A stretch of DNA of 63,990 bases, the filler included, from Folioceros fuciformis (lineage: Eukaryota): the NCBI GenBank assembly GCA_049999805.1. It is 13 parts of 13 records of this genome, joined end to end, with 100 filler letters (N's around TTAATTAATTAA, not from the genome) between each part and the next. Parts side by side here need not be neighbours in the genome. Positions count along the whole stretch, not along the records: positions 25,182 to 30,626 come from JBNGIO010004946.1; positions 30,727 to 36,353 come from JBNGIO010004947.1; positions 36,454 to 38,737 come from JBNGIO010004948.1; 10 more parts are not named here. One strand, 5' to 3'. Positions 25,082-37,168 of the stretch are shown in pieces (the first letter of the stretch is position 1; every line of letters starts with the position of its first letter). The translations under genes were made by a program, and so were the position numbers. The notes under the pieces are model-generated. The model was not told where the DNA came from. It saw only the letters and a program-made list of their open reading frames with translations, and made no database searches.

Positions 25082-25181
25082 NNNNNNNNNNNNNNNNNNN
25101 NNNNNNNNNNNNNNNNNNNNNNNNNTTAATTAATTAANNNNNNNNNNNNNNNNNNNNNNNNNNNNNNNNNNNNNNNNNNNN
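25082..25181. other. Artificial contig spacer
   Basis: N44-TTAATTAATTAA-N44. Confidence 0.98.
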
Positions 25182-26613
25182 GGCAGGTCTAGCCTCTTAT
25201 ACTACCTTGGCCCAAACCTCCATCTCTATCTATTAGGGTTAGCCTCAGTCAACCACCCAGCAATCTCTCTCTGACCTAAGCCACCCCTAATTCTGACCTA
25301 AACCTAACTTTGACCTAACCCTAACTTTGACCCAAACCTAGTTCTGACCTAATAGGGGTTGTGTCCCATGGACACCACTGGGTGCCCTTACCAAAATTGA
25401 CCAACCTCTCAAGACTACCAAAATGGTCAGTGCCTCTCAACACTCTCCCTCCTCTCTCAAATCATTCCATCCCTTCTCTCAGATCATTCCAGCAACCCTT
25501 CAAAGATGCGTCTCGCCTCATCATTAATCTAGCTACTAATCTAACCTAATCTTTTAACTATTTCACCACAGGGTTCACTTAGAGATTCCCAAAAAGAGAA
25601 ATCCTACCATTTTCCAAGGACCTATTCAGCATGTGGAGTCCACACTCAGTCCAAACATTATCAACATCTTGTAACTCTAGGTCTTAGGGAGTTTATTCCC
25701 CCTATTCCTACTTTTAATTCTTGAACTGTGTGTAGGTACAATGAAGTTGGTTGGAGGTTCTGTGCTAGGCATTGGATAGTTCTTGCAAGTTTGTTGCTTT
25801 AGTCTCCTCCCTGCTTCCCCTTGTTATTGGTTTAAGTCCCTGCACACAAATTCAAATTGTAGTTGTCAGTCCAATGGATGAACCTTCACAGCTTTGTAAT
25901 CCAATCGTGGGCTACAACACATGCAAGTTTGATAGGTTTGGCAATTGCTATGTAGGTTACAGACCTTTACCTTGATGAGTTGCCACAAAACTAAGAAATT
26001 CCCTCTTGCTTCCAGTTCTTTTTAGTTCTCAATTCCTTTTATTATCTCTATGATGTTTTCCCGGGTCAATGGTTTACTTGGCACGCTTTCATTTGGTCTT
26101 CCCGTCAATAGCTCCACAAGCTCCTTTGTTTTGGCTTTTGCATTGGTCAGTAGGTTTGAGAGTTCGTCGCACTTGTCTATTGTGGTCTGCATGTGCAGCA
26201 AGTACTATTTGTGAGACTAAGTTGGCCACCTTTGAGCAGCGTTGCCATTTGGCATAGAGGGAGCTTGAGCTTTCTTCTTTTCTCTACGTTGGTAAGTGAT
26301 CACTGTCGGGGTTGCTAGGAGGAATGTCTTTTATGCTAGACAGTTTGCAACTATCATGTGGCCCCTATTGCGCCTTAGGCATTTGCTGTGACGACATTCC
26401 TCTGTTCAGCATGTGCACCATGGTGTGACAAAGAATAGCAACTACTCCACGATCCGATTCCGTGTGATGTCTACCATTCTGATGTGGATTGTTGTGTCTT
26501 CTGTTGGAAGACGGCAACCAAATAGTTGCTCATGAGGAGCAGCTAGCTTGTGTGTGGTTGTTGTAAACTTATGCAAATTGAAGGCGCACATTCCCATTTA
26601 ACCTCATCAAGTT

Positions 26614-26764
26614 AAGTGGGAGTGTTAGAGTACATTAGTTTAACTTGACTCGATTCATGGTTAGGCTGACTTAACTATAGTTAGCCCTTACTAGGTATTT
26701 ATATACACATATGACTATTTTAATAATGCTTTTGCAATTTATTTGTTCTAAGCTTTTGCTAACG
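26614..26764 (+). mobile_element. PPT plus short AT-rich 3' LTR
   Basis: AAGTGGGAG then TGTTAG at 26623. Probable end CTAAC(G) near 26764. Confidence 0.55.
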
Positions 26765-26827
26765 CAAATACTCCACGTGTGGGCATACCTCAATGAGTCA
26801 CAGTGCTGAGCAATGCAAAGATTGGCC

Positions 26828-26923
26828 ATGGCCTGCTAAAACAATGTTGCACGTTGTCCTATGATAGTGGGCCCACATGGCCTGCTAAAACAATGCTGCA
26901 CGTTGTCCTATGATATGGCCCAC
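26828..26923. repeat. Tandem duplication of ~49 bp
   Basis: ATGGCCTGCTAAAACAATG.TGCACGTTGTCCTATGATA..GGCCCAC occurs twice. Confidence 0.9.
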
Positions 26924-27226
26924 ACTACCGTGTCATTGAGATCGACTATTGTTTGGCTATGGAGCTGGGTGACTGTGGAGTCCACATGGTGAAAGGGTCC
27001 CTAGAAAAATGGTAGTGCTTGTTTCGATTGAATTCTGTGAGGAAGGTTTCGATTGAATTCTGTGAGGAAGTAGTTAGGACATTAGGCTAGGTTAGTTGGT
27101 CAGGATGTAGGTCATGGTTGTGGGCGAGAGGTGAACGACTAGGTTGTCCCTAGGGATCGGGTGTGCCTAGAACCTAGGGCCTGAGAGCGTGTTCGAGAAG
27201 ATGAGAGCGAGAGCGGGATCGACGCT

Positions 27227-27330
27227 ATGAAGTTCGCTAAGCCTTTGCAAAGTCATCTCTAGAGGTGACCCTGCCGGAGTGGAGGAACAAGTTCATGGCG
27301 TTAAAGCAACTGAAGAAGTGGCTGAACCTG
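27227..27330 (+). pseudogene. SPX-domain gene fragment (N-terminus)
   Basis: MKFAKPLQ then frameshifted EVTLPEWRNKFMALKQLKKWLNL, matching the SPX start MKFGK.L...IEETLPEWRDKFLSYKELKKRL. Confidence 0.85.
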
Positions 27331-27399
27331 CCCAAGTATGCGCCCGACGGCCTCACTGTCGGGGCCTTCATCCCGACCAACAAAGCTCCAGATTTGGAT

Positions 27400-28830
27400 G
27401 TGGCTAGGGTGGACCGGACCCAAACAGCAGGGCGACTGGCCGATTGGCAGGAGCCTAGCAAGCGGTTGCACATCCAGGTACCAGCCAAGCAGGATCCAAG
27501 CAGCTTGCGACTGCAAGTGGATCCAGGCAGGCTGGCTGGATCACATACTGGATCGCGGTCGGTCGTTAGGCCGGCTGGCAGCCAGGCAGACAGGCGGGCA
27601 GGTGGCTAGTAGCATCCAGGCGTTGGCACCCAGGTACTGGTAAGCAGGCGGTTTCGCAGGCTGGAGGTCGGGGACTAGATAGGCTGGCCGGATTGGTAGG
27701 CTAGCTGGCAAGGTGGCTAGCAAGCAGGCAGGCTGGATTCGGTGGTGGCTGGCTGGTCGTGGCTAGCAGGCAAGCAGGCTGGTTGGTCAGCAGCAAACAG
27801 GCAGGTAGGCAGGCCAGGGCGGATCTAGGAAGACGTTCAGGCAGGCCAGGGCGGATCCAGGCAGACGTTCAGGTAGTCCAGGGCGGATCCAGGCAAACGT
27901 CCAGGCAGGCCAGGGCGGATCCAGGCAGACGTCCAAGTAGGCCAGGGTAGATCCAGGCAGACGTCCAGGCAGGCCAGGGTGAATCAGGCAGTCGGGACGG
28001 ATTTGATATGCGAGAGGCAATGGATTTGGTAGGAAAGCAGGCATTGACGGTGGTGCAGGCGGGGGCAGGCACCTAGGCGGCTAGTAGGAGGACGTCCGGG
28101 CTTAGCAAGCCGGGGCGGAGCAAGGCCGGGGTGGAGCAAGCCTGTGGCCCGGCTGGCTGGTCGGCAGCAGCTAGGCAAGGCTGTCGGATCTAGGCAAGGC
28201 GGCGGGATTCGGGCGCTGGCCGAGGGCAGGCGGTTGGATCGGAGGTTGGTGGGCTGGCGGATCTAGGCAAGGTGCTAGGATCCAGGCCAATGGCCTGGCT
28301 GGTTGGTCGGCGGCGGCGCATCCAGGCCGACAGATAGGTGAGCCAGGCCGGGGGCCGAGGACCAGACGGGCGGGCTGGTTGGTAGCAGCCAGGCAGACGG
28401 GCTGGGCGGCTGGTAGACAGGCTGATCCAAGCATTTGGCAAGCAGAGGCGCATGCAAGCAAGCAGCCGGCGCTGGAACAGGCAGGCTCGCTGGCGGGCTG
28501 GCATCCAGGCGTTGGCTGCAGGTAGCAGATCCAGGTATGATCACTGGCATCTAGGCGCTGGCTATAGGTGGCAAATCCAGGCAGGCCAGGGGGTGGCGGA
28601 TCTAGGCGTTGGCCGGATTGGCAAGGTGGGCTAGGCGATTGGCAGGCGATCGCGCATCCAGGCTAGCTGCAGGCGGACCGGACCAAGACAGTAGGCTGGC
28701 TAGATCGCCGGTTGGTCGCGACTAGAGCAGGCAAGCAGGCCAAGGTGGATCGCAGCGGGCTGGCCGAATCCAGGTTGCAGGCGGCGGACCTAGGCTGCAA
28801 AGCGCATCCAGGTAGCAGGCTGGTCGCGGC
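27400..28830. repeat. GC-rich minisatellite-like tract including a 32-bp tandem array at 27807-27991
   Basis: Unit AGGCAGGCCAGGGCGGATCCAGGCAGACGTCC, nearly 6 copies. The flanks are degenerate GGATCCAGGC/GGCTGG words. Confidence 0.88.
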
Positions 28831-28916
28831 TGTTAAAGTAATAGCATCAGCCCTTAGGGCACGCTTCAGATTTAGGATTTCAGAACTTAAATGTCATTGC
28901 TGGATGGTCATCAACA

Positions 28917-29221
28917 GCCCATGTGCTTCCCAAAGATGCACCAAGTAAGTGTTCACATAGGTATGTCGCGAACCTCCCACACATCCTGCTGGTTGGGACG
29001 AAGAACATGACTGCTCCCCAATCTGGCCTAGTGCCCCGTTTCACCTTCCATAGGAAATGGAAAAAGGCGTTAGAGAAGTAGGTAGTCCTCGGGTTCTTAG
29101 CAACCTCTCCGCCCTTCATCATCGAGTGAGCCTCCTTCGAGGCTTCCAATGCCACAGCCCTCCGGCCATCCGTACTTCTCCAAGAAGGTGGCTCTGCCTC
29201 CCTCGTCTGCTGGCAGCCCAT
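28917..29221 (-). pseudogene. Diverged relative of the LTR-antisense ORF protein
   Basis: TTYFSNAFFHFLWKVKRGTRPDWGAVMF resembles DSMSDQMLLFVHEVVKGTRIDWGKILY (56397-57170). Confidence 0.45.
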
Positions 29222-29249
29222 AAGTCGTACGAATGTGCCCTAAACCCTG

Positions 29250-30163
29250 TTCTCTAAGAATGAAGGACATAGATACGGACCAGCACCATATATCTACCTT
29301 CAGGACAGCCCGGGCAAAACTGGCTAGCTCCGGCTAGCAGCTCGATGAGGTGAAGGCAATAGCCGTGTTTTTATACACCCTGCCATCAAGCCACCATGAC
29401 TTTATTACCTCACAGAACCCAGAATTCGGGACGCTCAAAAAGCCTTCAAGAAAGGCGGACAAGCCTCAGAAAGATGCTGAGGGCATACTTACTGAAGTTC
29501 TCTCGGTCTTCATACAAGACAATCTTACCAGACAAGCTTCCTCAAGCTCCAAACCCAGCCGCATCATGTATGTGGGTCCTGGTTGTGGCCGAGGCCGGTC
29601 CAATAGGTCACAACAACGATTAGAAAGATATGATCGCTCATCAAGTAGACCACCCCAAACAAGATAAGGCCCAAACCAAAGGAAGAAAGGCAGGTGTAAT
29701 TGGTGCGAAATCCCTGGACACTGGGAGAATGAATGCAGGAAGAAGACTGCAGGAATACCTCAAAGAGCACCACCTACAGTTAATGCTACCTCGACAACCA
29801 ATACGTATACATGAAGATCTCTAGTGTCATCATCACCAGGGATTATGGCAGTCTACATCACCAAAAATCCAGTTGACCATACTGGATGGTACCTTGACTC
29901 TTGCGCATCAGTGCACATCTGCAACACATGATCTTTCTTTACCACTTATTATCCAGCTCCTCCTAATAAATTCGTGTTGCTAGTAGATGATTCAGGACTT
30001 CGAGTGGAAGGCAAAGGGGAAGTACCACTTACCCTCACTAACCAAACTCAACTTCTCCTGGTAAATGTCCTTTATGTACCTACAATGGTGAAGAACTTGA
30101 TATCAGTCTCATGGCTAATGAAGACGCATCAATTTACTTTAACCTTTAATGACACCTGTTGTA
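29250..30163 (+). pseudogene. Copia gag-protease fragment
   Basis: HISTFRTARAKLAS..LYTLPSS, CNWCEIPGHWENEC, WYLDSCASVH, VLYVPTMVKNLISV. Confidence 0.88.
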
Positions 30164-30626
30164 TGTGTGAACCTCCAAAGTTTGGGGTAGTAGTTTGTTT
30201 TGGTTGAAAAAAGGGTTAATAGTGGTATGGTTTGGTTTTCTTTTTCAACTTATTTTCCCTAATTTTCCTTGATTTTCTGGTCATTTTTCCTATTTTTCTT
30301 TGTGCTAATTGGGTTAATTGACCAGGAAATAGTGGGTTTGGTTATAAGAGTGGGTATAGGTTTGTTCCCAGACCTGGGAAGGTTTAGGTTCGGTACGAGG
30401 CCATAGGGTTGGGTGATTAGTTTAATATTAATTAAAGGTATATAATATTAAATGATTAAACAATAATATAATATTATTAAATAATATAATAATATAATAA
30501 TGGTTTGAACATAGGAACGGGTATCTGGGTATGTCAGTGTCAGGGGTCAGGGTCTGACGATAAGCTGGCTGATTGCTTGGCTGGCATGAACGGCTGTGGA
30601 GGCCATGCCCTAGCTAGAGCTAGAGG
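30164..30626. mobile_element. LTR-like terminus inserted in copia protease region
   Basis: TG start at the coding break. The T-rich tract resembles 18280-18360. Confidence 0.5.
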
Positions 30627-30726
30627 NNNNNNNNNNNNNNNNNNNNNNNNNNNNNNNNNNNNNNNNNNNNTTAATTAATTAANNNNNNNNNNNNNNNNNN
30701 NNNNNNNNNNNNNNNNNNNNNNNNNN
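30627..30726. other. Artificial contig spacer
   Basis: N44-TTAATTAATTAA-N44. Confidence 0.98.
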
Positions 30727-33700
30727 TGTGCAATATTAAACAAACTTGATCAAAGCTTAGTCCTATCGGGTACACTACTGGAGGATCTCTACAAGCTCGA
30801 CTTGTGTTTGCAAACGAGTATTACAAGTCAAGCTTATTCACCTGCAGCTCTTGTCACCGCACAAGCTAGGCAAGGTTCTGTTGATTCCTCCATGTTGTGG
30901 CACGCTCGACTTGGCCACGTCAGCAATCAACGACTGATTGGACTAGCAAACAAGGATTTATATCGACATAAAATGCCAACTTTGACAGACATCCAGTTCT
31001 GTCAAGCATGCGCACAAGGAAAAATCACGCAAGCTTCCTACGCCAAGATCTCTTCTTACAGAGCGTCGGCCTTACTAGAACTTGTTCACACGGACCTTTG
31101 TGGTCCCATATCAACACCTTCCTTCGGCGGGTCGATATACTTCATGCCGTTTGTGGACGATCACTCCAGAATGACCTTCACATACTTCCTGCAAAAGAAA
31201 AGTCAAGCGTTATACATCTTTCAGGAGTATCTCACTATGCCTGAAAGACAAACTGAGAGAGCACTGAAGCAACTACGTACTGATGGTGTTGGAGAACTCA
31301 CATCACATGCCTTCACAGATTTTTGTACTCAGCGTGGTATCGTCAAGCAAGTTACAGTCCCATACTCCTCATCAATGAACGGAGTTGCGGAGAACAAACA
31401 CCAAGTTCTTCAGTACTATGCGAGAACTATGCTGATTCAAGCCGATTTGAGCAAACATTACTAGGCTGAAGCTGTTGATACAACAAACTACATTATCAAC
31501 AGATTACCTTCAGCTGCCATCGGTGGACAGATTCCTTACACACTCTGGACAGGTCTCAAACCATCTCTTGGTCATATCCGGGTATTCGGCTCACCCACCT
31601 ATGTATACATCCCTGCAGTCTCACGCTCAAAGTTTGACGCAACGAGCGAACAGTATATCCTAGTTGGGTACATGGAGCATATGAAGGCCTATAAGCTCTT
31701 ACATCCACAATCTCATGCTCCCAGATATGCCCGCAGCGTAATAGTCAATGAATCCGCCTTGCTCAACAACTCTGATCCTACATCACTTGGATCTCTTTAC
31801 TCGGATTTTGACTCCAGTCACGATGAACTGTTGGAGCCTGGGGGAGAATTTGTGTCGCTTAGCTCAGACACTGACACTGACACTGTTCCATCCACAGAGC
31901 CAGTGGGAGCCACGAGTTCAAAGTCCAATGTTTCCACAACTGGTACACCTGGTACAATCGTTCCGACTACACCAGCAGCTTCACCTAGTGCAGCTCCCTT
32001 GGGAACACAAACTCAACCTCTTGAAGTAGAAACTTCGCATTCAGACTCAACTCATGAGCACGAGGAAGAAGAAGTACCACCAGCTGAGGAAATGGTTGAT
32101 TCAGAAAATGAAACCGAATCCCCTAAGTTACCCACACTCCGGAGATCATCCAGGCTCCACACTCGTAACCCAGATGAGTGGTCACAGCCCCCGTTCAACC
32201 CTTCTAAGTACTGGAACAGCAGACCTAGCACTGCTATAGCAACAATCTCGGCTCCAATTCATCCTCGTTCCTTGAAGTCCAATTTGACATCCGATCATGG
32301 ACACTTGGCACAATTACTAACAGTTGCTGCAGAGGACTCTGGAACTCTAGACTGGAATGAGGCCATGAGCAGTCCCGAGAAGGAAAAGTGGGTTAAAGCG
32401 GCAGACGAAGAATACGCTTCTCTAATGGAAAACAAAACATGGATACTTGAGGATCTTCCTCAGGGTCGTAGAGCAATCGACACCAAATGGGTGTTCAAGA
32501 AGAAGTTCAAAGCAGATGGCACGATTGATAGGTACAAAGCTAGATTCGTCGCCAGAGGATTCCGGCAACAGAATGGAATTGACTACCTCGAACATGAACT
32601 GTACTCTCCCGTCGTCAGAACTTCAACTGTAAGATTCTTACTCGCTCTGACCGCTGAACTCAATTTAGAGCTTGAGCATATGGATGTAACCACGGCCTTC
32701 CTCTATGGGTACCTGGAAGAGACAATTTACGTTAGTCAACCCTAAGGATACGTACAAAAGAACAAGGAACAGAAAGCTTGCAAATTACTCAAGGCCCTCT
32801 ACGGACTCAAACAGGCTCTGAGAGCGTGGTACAACAGAATCAACGCCTTTCTGTTGTCGCTCGGTTTTGTCAATACAGACTCTGACCCTAACATGTATGT
32901 CCTATTGAATGACTCAGGCATGGTCATCATTGCATTGTACGTTGATGACCTTATGGTAGCCGCAACCAGTAAATCACTCATGGACAACATCAAACAAAAG
33001 CTCGCCGAGGAATACAAGATGAAACAACTAGGTGATCTAAGCTACTATTTAGGAGTCCAGGTTGAGAGGAATAGAGCTGCAGGAACAATCATCCTTCATC
33101 AGTCCAAGTACATACATGACATCTCTGTTAGGTTTAATCTAGCTAATGCACGACCTGTGAACACACCACTGGCCATGGGCACTAAGCTAACAGCAGATGA
33201 TCAGCCAACGACTGATCAAGAAAGGAAAGATATGGAAACTATCCCCTATAAGGTAGCTGTAGGGTGTTTGATATACTTGAGTGTCTGGACACGCTTTGAC
33301 ATAAGCAAGGCCACTCAGGAAGTTGCACAGTTCTCTCAAAATCCGGGCAGGAACCATTGGTCAGCTGTGAAAAGAATCTACAGATACCTGCTAGGGATGA
33401 AGGACCTCGGTTTAACTTACAAAACCTTGGGATCTTCAAAACTGATATTGACGGGCTGGTCGGATGCAGACTGGGCTGCAAACCCTGATTCACGCAGGAG
33501 TGTAGCAGCGTACGTATACATGCTGGCAGGGGCTGCCGTTTCGTGGTCATGTAAGCTTCTTCCCACCATCTGCCTCAGCTCCACAGAAAGCGAGTACAGA
33601 GCCCTCACTCGAGCAGGCAAAGAGGCCGTCTCAGGGCGAGCTACACTAGCTGGACTACGTCAAACACAAAAAGGTCCCACCAAACTCTATTGCGACAATC

Positions 33701-34380
33701 AGTCAGCAATAGCCCTAACCCTAAACACCAAGTTCCATGCTCGGACACGCCACATAGAAGTGGCACATCACTTCATTCGGCATCTTGTCTCATCAAGACA
33801 GGTTGAAGTTGAATACACCCCAAGTGAGGAAAATCTCGCAGATTTGCTTACAAAGGGCCTGCCAAGAGACAAGCATCATGAGCTCGTCAATCGTTAAGGT
33901 TTAGTTGCACGAGAAGTCACGAACACCTAGCGAGAGCAGTGCACTCACACAGTGGGAGCTTTAAGAAGTCAGCTGTGGCCTTGCTACATGGAGCATACTC
34001 GTAATGCAGGTGGCCACAATCGTCAATCCGAGCAGACTCAAGGAGCATAGAGAACTGAGGACACCCAGGAATCTGTGTGAAGACGACACTGGTCTTCGAT
34101 CCTCTGACCTGAGTTTGAAGAAAGACGACTTCAATCTCCACTTGCAAGAAACAGCTACTAGTTTTTAAACGTGCACAAGAGGATCACGCTCGTGGTAGCA
34201 TCCTAGATGGCAGTCTAGTCCATCGCTGATCAGATCGCATAGGAGACCGAACCTAGGAAAAGTCTGAGTGGGAGTATGATAGTAGGTCTAGTTAACTCTA
34301 GAACAGCCTTATCCTGGTTAGTTAATCAGTGTTAGGGCCATCTCACTAGGCACCATCTGAATAGTCACATTGTTACGACA
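30727..34380 (+). mobile_element. Ty1/copia pol (GAG-pre-IN, IN, RT, RNase H; to 33897), PPT 34266-34274, ~104-bp 3' LTR 34277-34380
   Basis: LWHARLGH, HTDLCGP, KARFVARGF, MDVTTAFLYG, LYVDD, WSDADWA, CDNQSA, ADLLTK in one frame with two stops. GAGTGGGAG-TA-TG...ACA follows. Confidence 0.95.
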
Positions 34381-35011
34381 CGACCGTTGGACATGACGGT
34401 TGGGTACACTCTAGGTTCGCCACGGGCGTCCCTCCCCATAATTGTTCAGTCTAATTCATTCCTTGTTCATCTCTTCCGATCACACTACCGCTGCACGGTT
34501 TGGTTTACTGAATGTCTGACACTATCGACTGCATGTAGACGGGATGATAATTTCCGAAATCGGCTTTACTAGAAATTGGAAAATGTGAGGGGTTTTTCAA
34601 TATTGACCATTTACGCATATCTGAGCTGATATGCCGGCGCAAAGTCGTAATCGGCGGTAGACCGGTGCACTCCTTCAGGAAGTGCGCTGAGTAGCTGGTG
34701 AGCACCCAGATAGGGTCTGGGGAAAGTGCAATACAACCATTCAAAATGGTTCGCCGATAGGCCAGCGCACACATAGGCTGAGTGCGCCGCTCATATGCGC
34801 ACCCCCACAAGATCTACGTCGGCTGACCAAAGAACTACTAGAAGAGGCATTCATGGCATTGGCAAACTGAGTGATGCAGTTATGAATAGCCAACCATAGC
34901 TCTCTCTGTAAACAGCGTTCATATATATGAAGTGTGGTATACATGAAAGTACTTAACCAGTATAGTCTAAGTGTGTGCAAGTTGGTCATCGATTTCATCT
35001 AGAGGATTATC

Positions 35012-36220
35012 CTAATCTCGCTTAAGCATATACAAGTTCTTTCTAATAAGGTTTCGAGTGCGAGCGTGCAGCTGTTTTTAACGAGTCAACTCAAATCCAT
35101 ACACTAAAATAAAAGTGTTCGCGATAGAAATTGTGTCAATATGCTTCCGAAGTCTTCTGCTTGGCTGTTGCTTTCGTCCTCGTCTAGAACCCATGGGAGG
35201 TTCTTGATTTGGCAATATCATCTCCTCTTGATATCGTCCTTCAAATGCATCTGAACATTTCGTGACCCACCAATGGACTGTGATACTCTAAATGTCATTT
35301 TCCTTCTATGTGTCCAACACTTTGGCGATCCAAAAAGGCCTGTTGTCTTCGTCTGTCTCGCATGGGACAACAATCATGTGCCCTGCTTCTATCTCTGATA
35401 CATCTCCACTGAAGCTGTCAACATCGTTGCGAATGTGTGCGTCTCTTCTATATGGACCCACGTACATATCTCTTCTAGGAACTTGTCGTATCCATGGGTT
35501 TTCCAAAACCATAGCATCTGGCACGAGTAACGGTGTATTCAACAACTTTGCCACATCGCGATTATACGATTGCCATGGCCACAAGTGGTCTTTCTCCACA
35601 GCCGAATTTATTATTTGAATGATGGTCTCTTTCTCTGCCCAAAATGAATCCCACCAGATGTCCTCACCCACACCTAAGTCCTGCCGTAATTTGTACTCCA
35701 ATCTTGATCGAATCTACGACAGTTTATATCCTGGCACATTGTCAGTAATAGTCTTCTGTTTCCTACTCCTCACCTGCAAATGCATCAATGGAGCGGCTTT
35801 CATAACCCCATTCGGAACTACTTTGAGAAATTCTATATCGTCATCAGGCGACCAGTATTGATCGGTGGAATATTGTTTTCCTCTCATAACTGTAACAGAT
35901 CCACAATCTCCGCGGCTCTCTTTCGTGATCTTGAACTGGTGTTGAAAAGATATATTATGCAGCTGATGAACCGCCGCAACATTCTAATACCCTGCTTTCC
36001 CATACGGTATAGGCCACACAAACTTTCTAAAGTCCGGCACCTCTTTCACCTCATGAATGTCTGGCATGGGGGTATACATGTTCTGCATGACTGTAATAAG
36101 TTTTGGTAAAGTCAAAGCTTCCTTTCGACCGAGTGCCGTTGAAAACTTGGAAAACATCTGATCTACCTGGTCGTGTGTATGGCCCATTAACAAGAACCCC
36201 ACTTTTATCTTCACAAAAAC
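35012..36220 (-). pseudogene. DNA transposase C-terminal half, DUF7869/Sola-like
   Basis: KIKVGFLLMGHTHDQVDQMFSKF motif. One frame runs ~400 codons with a few in-frame stops and includes RPFWIAKV..ITVHWW. Confidence 0.7.
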
Positions 36221-36353
36221 CCGCTGGAGTGCGCCGGGAGACCAGCGCACTCCAGCCATTTTACCGCCATTGTGGAAGTTGTGCGCCGGTAGACTGGCAC
36301 ACCCCAGCCATTATCTCCGGAATGGGTCTTTGGAAGGAGTACGCCGGTAGACC
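36221..36353. repeat. Palindromic repeat cluster truncating the transposase
   Basis: GCTGGAGTGCGC..GCGCACTCCAGC hairpin plus two more G.G..CGCCGGTAGAC units. Confidence 0.7.
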
Positions 36354-36453
36354 NNNNNNNNNNNNNNNNNNNNNNNNNNNNNNNNNNNNNNNNNNNNTTA
36401 ATTAATTAANNNNNNNNNNNNNNNNNNNNNNNNNNNNNNNNNNNNNNNNNNNN
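36354..36453. other. Artificial contig spacer
   Basis: N44-TTAATTAATTAA-N44. Confidence 0.98.
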
Positions 36454-36600
36454 TACCATGGCCCCAGGAGACTTTGGGTATAAATACCCCGGTTTTATTG
36501 TCAACCCAAGCCGCTTTCTCCTTCACTTCACACAAAAAACCAAAATCTACCAAATCTGTCACTCAAAAAGGGGTTCGCAAATATTTTTTCCCTCCACACA
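36454..36600 (+). mobile_element. LTR 3' end related to 45510-45647 and 55465-55605
   Basis: GGAGACTTTGG(G)TATAAATACCC ... TTTTTTCC..CACACA. Confidence 0.7.
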
Positions 36601-36998
36601 GCGTGTGGGTGCCAAGGAGCACAGGTACTCCTCGTCCCTGTCCTTCAACCACTGGTGACGAGACTGCTAGCGCTGTGCTCGCTTAGTTAGGCGTTCTCTC
36701 TTTCTTTGTCCAAGCCTACTAAATTACTGACACAACAATGTGCTTGCATTCTTGCAGGCAAAATACCTGAAGGCACTTGCACACACAAAGGAGCAATAGA
36801 TTTAAGCAGTCTCGTCCAGAATTAAGAGAAGAGAGAAAACGCCGGCCATCTTTAAAAAAAAAAAAAAAACAAAGACATAGCACAGGCAAAGCGGGTGGTT
36901 CAATAAAGAACACCATAGCAGTCTAGGAAGCTGGAGCAGCCATAGCCGATCGCAAGCACGCAATGCGCCAGTTTAGCACACGTGGGGGATCGACGCAT

Positions 36999-37168
36999 GC
37001 TCTAATACCATGATAGGAAATCTTAGAATAGATTAGAAAAAACGCGTAGCGATTAAGCGCACTGGTGCTTACAGGTAGAGTGTCTTGTAGGCATGAACGA
37101 ACGATTAGGGTTTCTAACCGTTAGTACTAAACTAACCTAAACCTGCCCTAACTACCTACTTTCCATCA
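36999..37168 (-). mobile_element. 158-bp LTR (37011-37168) plus Met-tRNA PBS
   Basis: Inverted termini TGATAGGAAA / TTTCCATCA. TGGTATTAGAGC directly follows on the minus strand. Confidence 0.8.

Noticed and set aside
27807-27991. 32-bp repeats as a CRISPR array
   Set aside because: Units are head-to-tail with no unique spacers, there are no cas genes, and the context is eukaryotic TE DNA.
29250-33897. gag-PR (29250-30163) and pol (30727-33897) as one continuous element
   Set aside because: The positions are compatible, but a spacer separates them and no TSD or other end of the intervening LTR is visible. Unproven.
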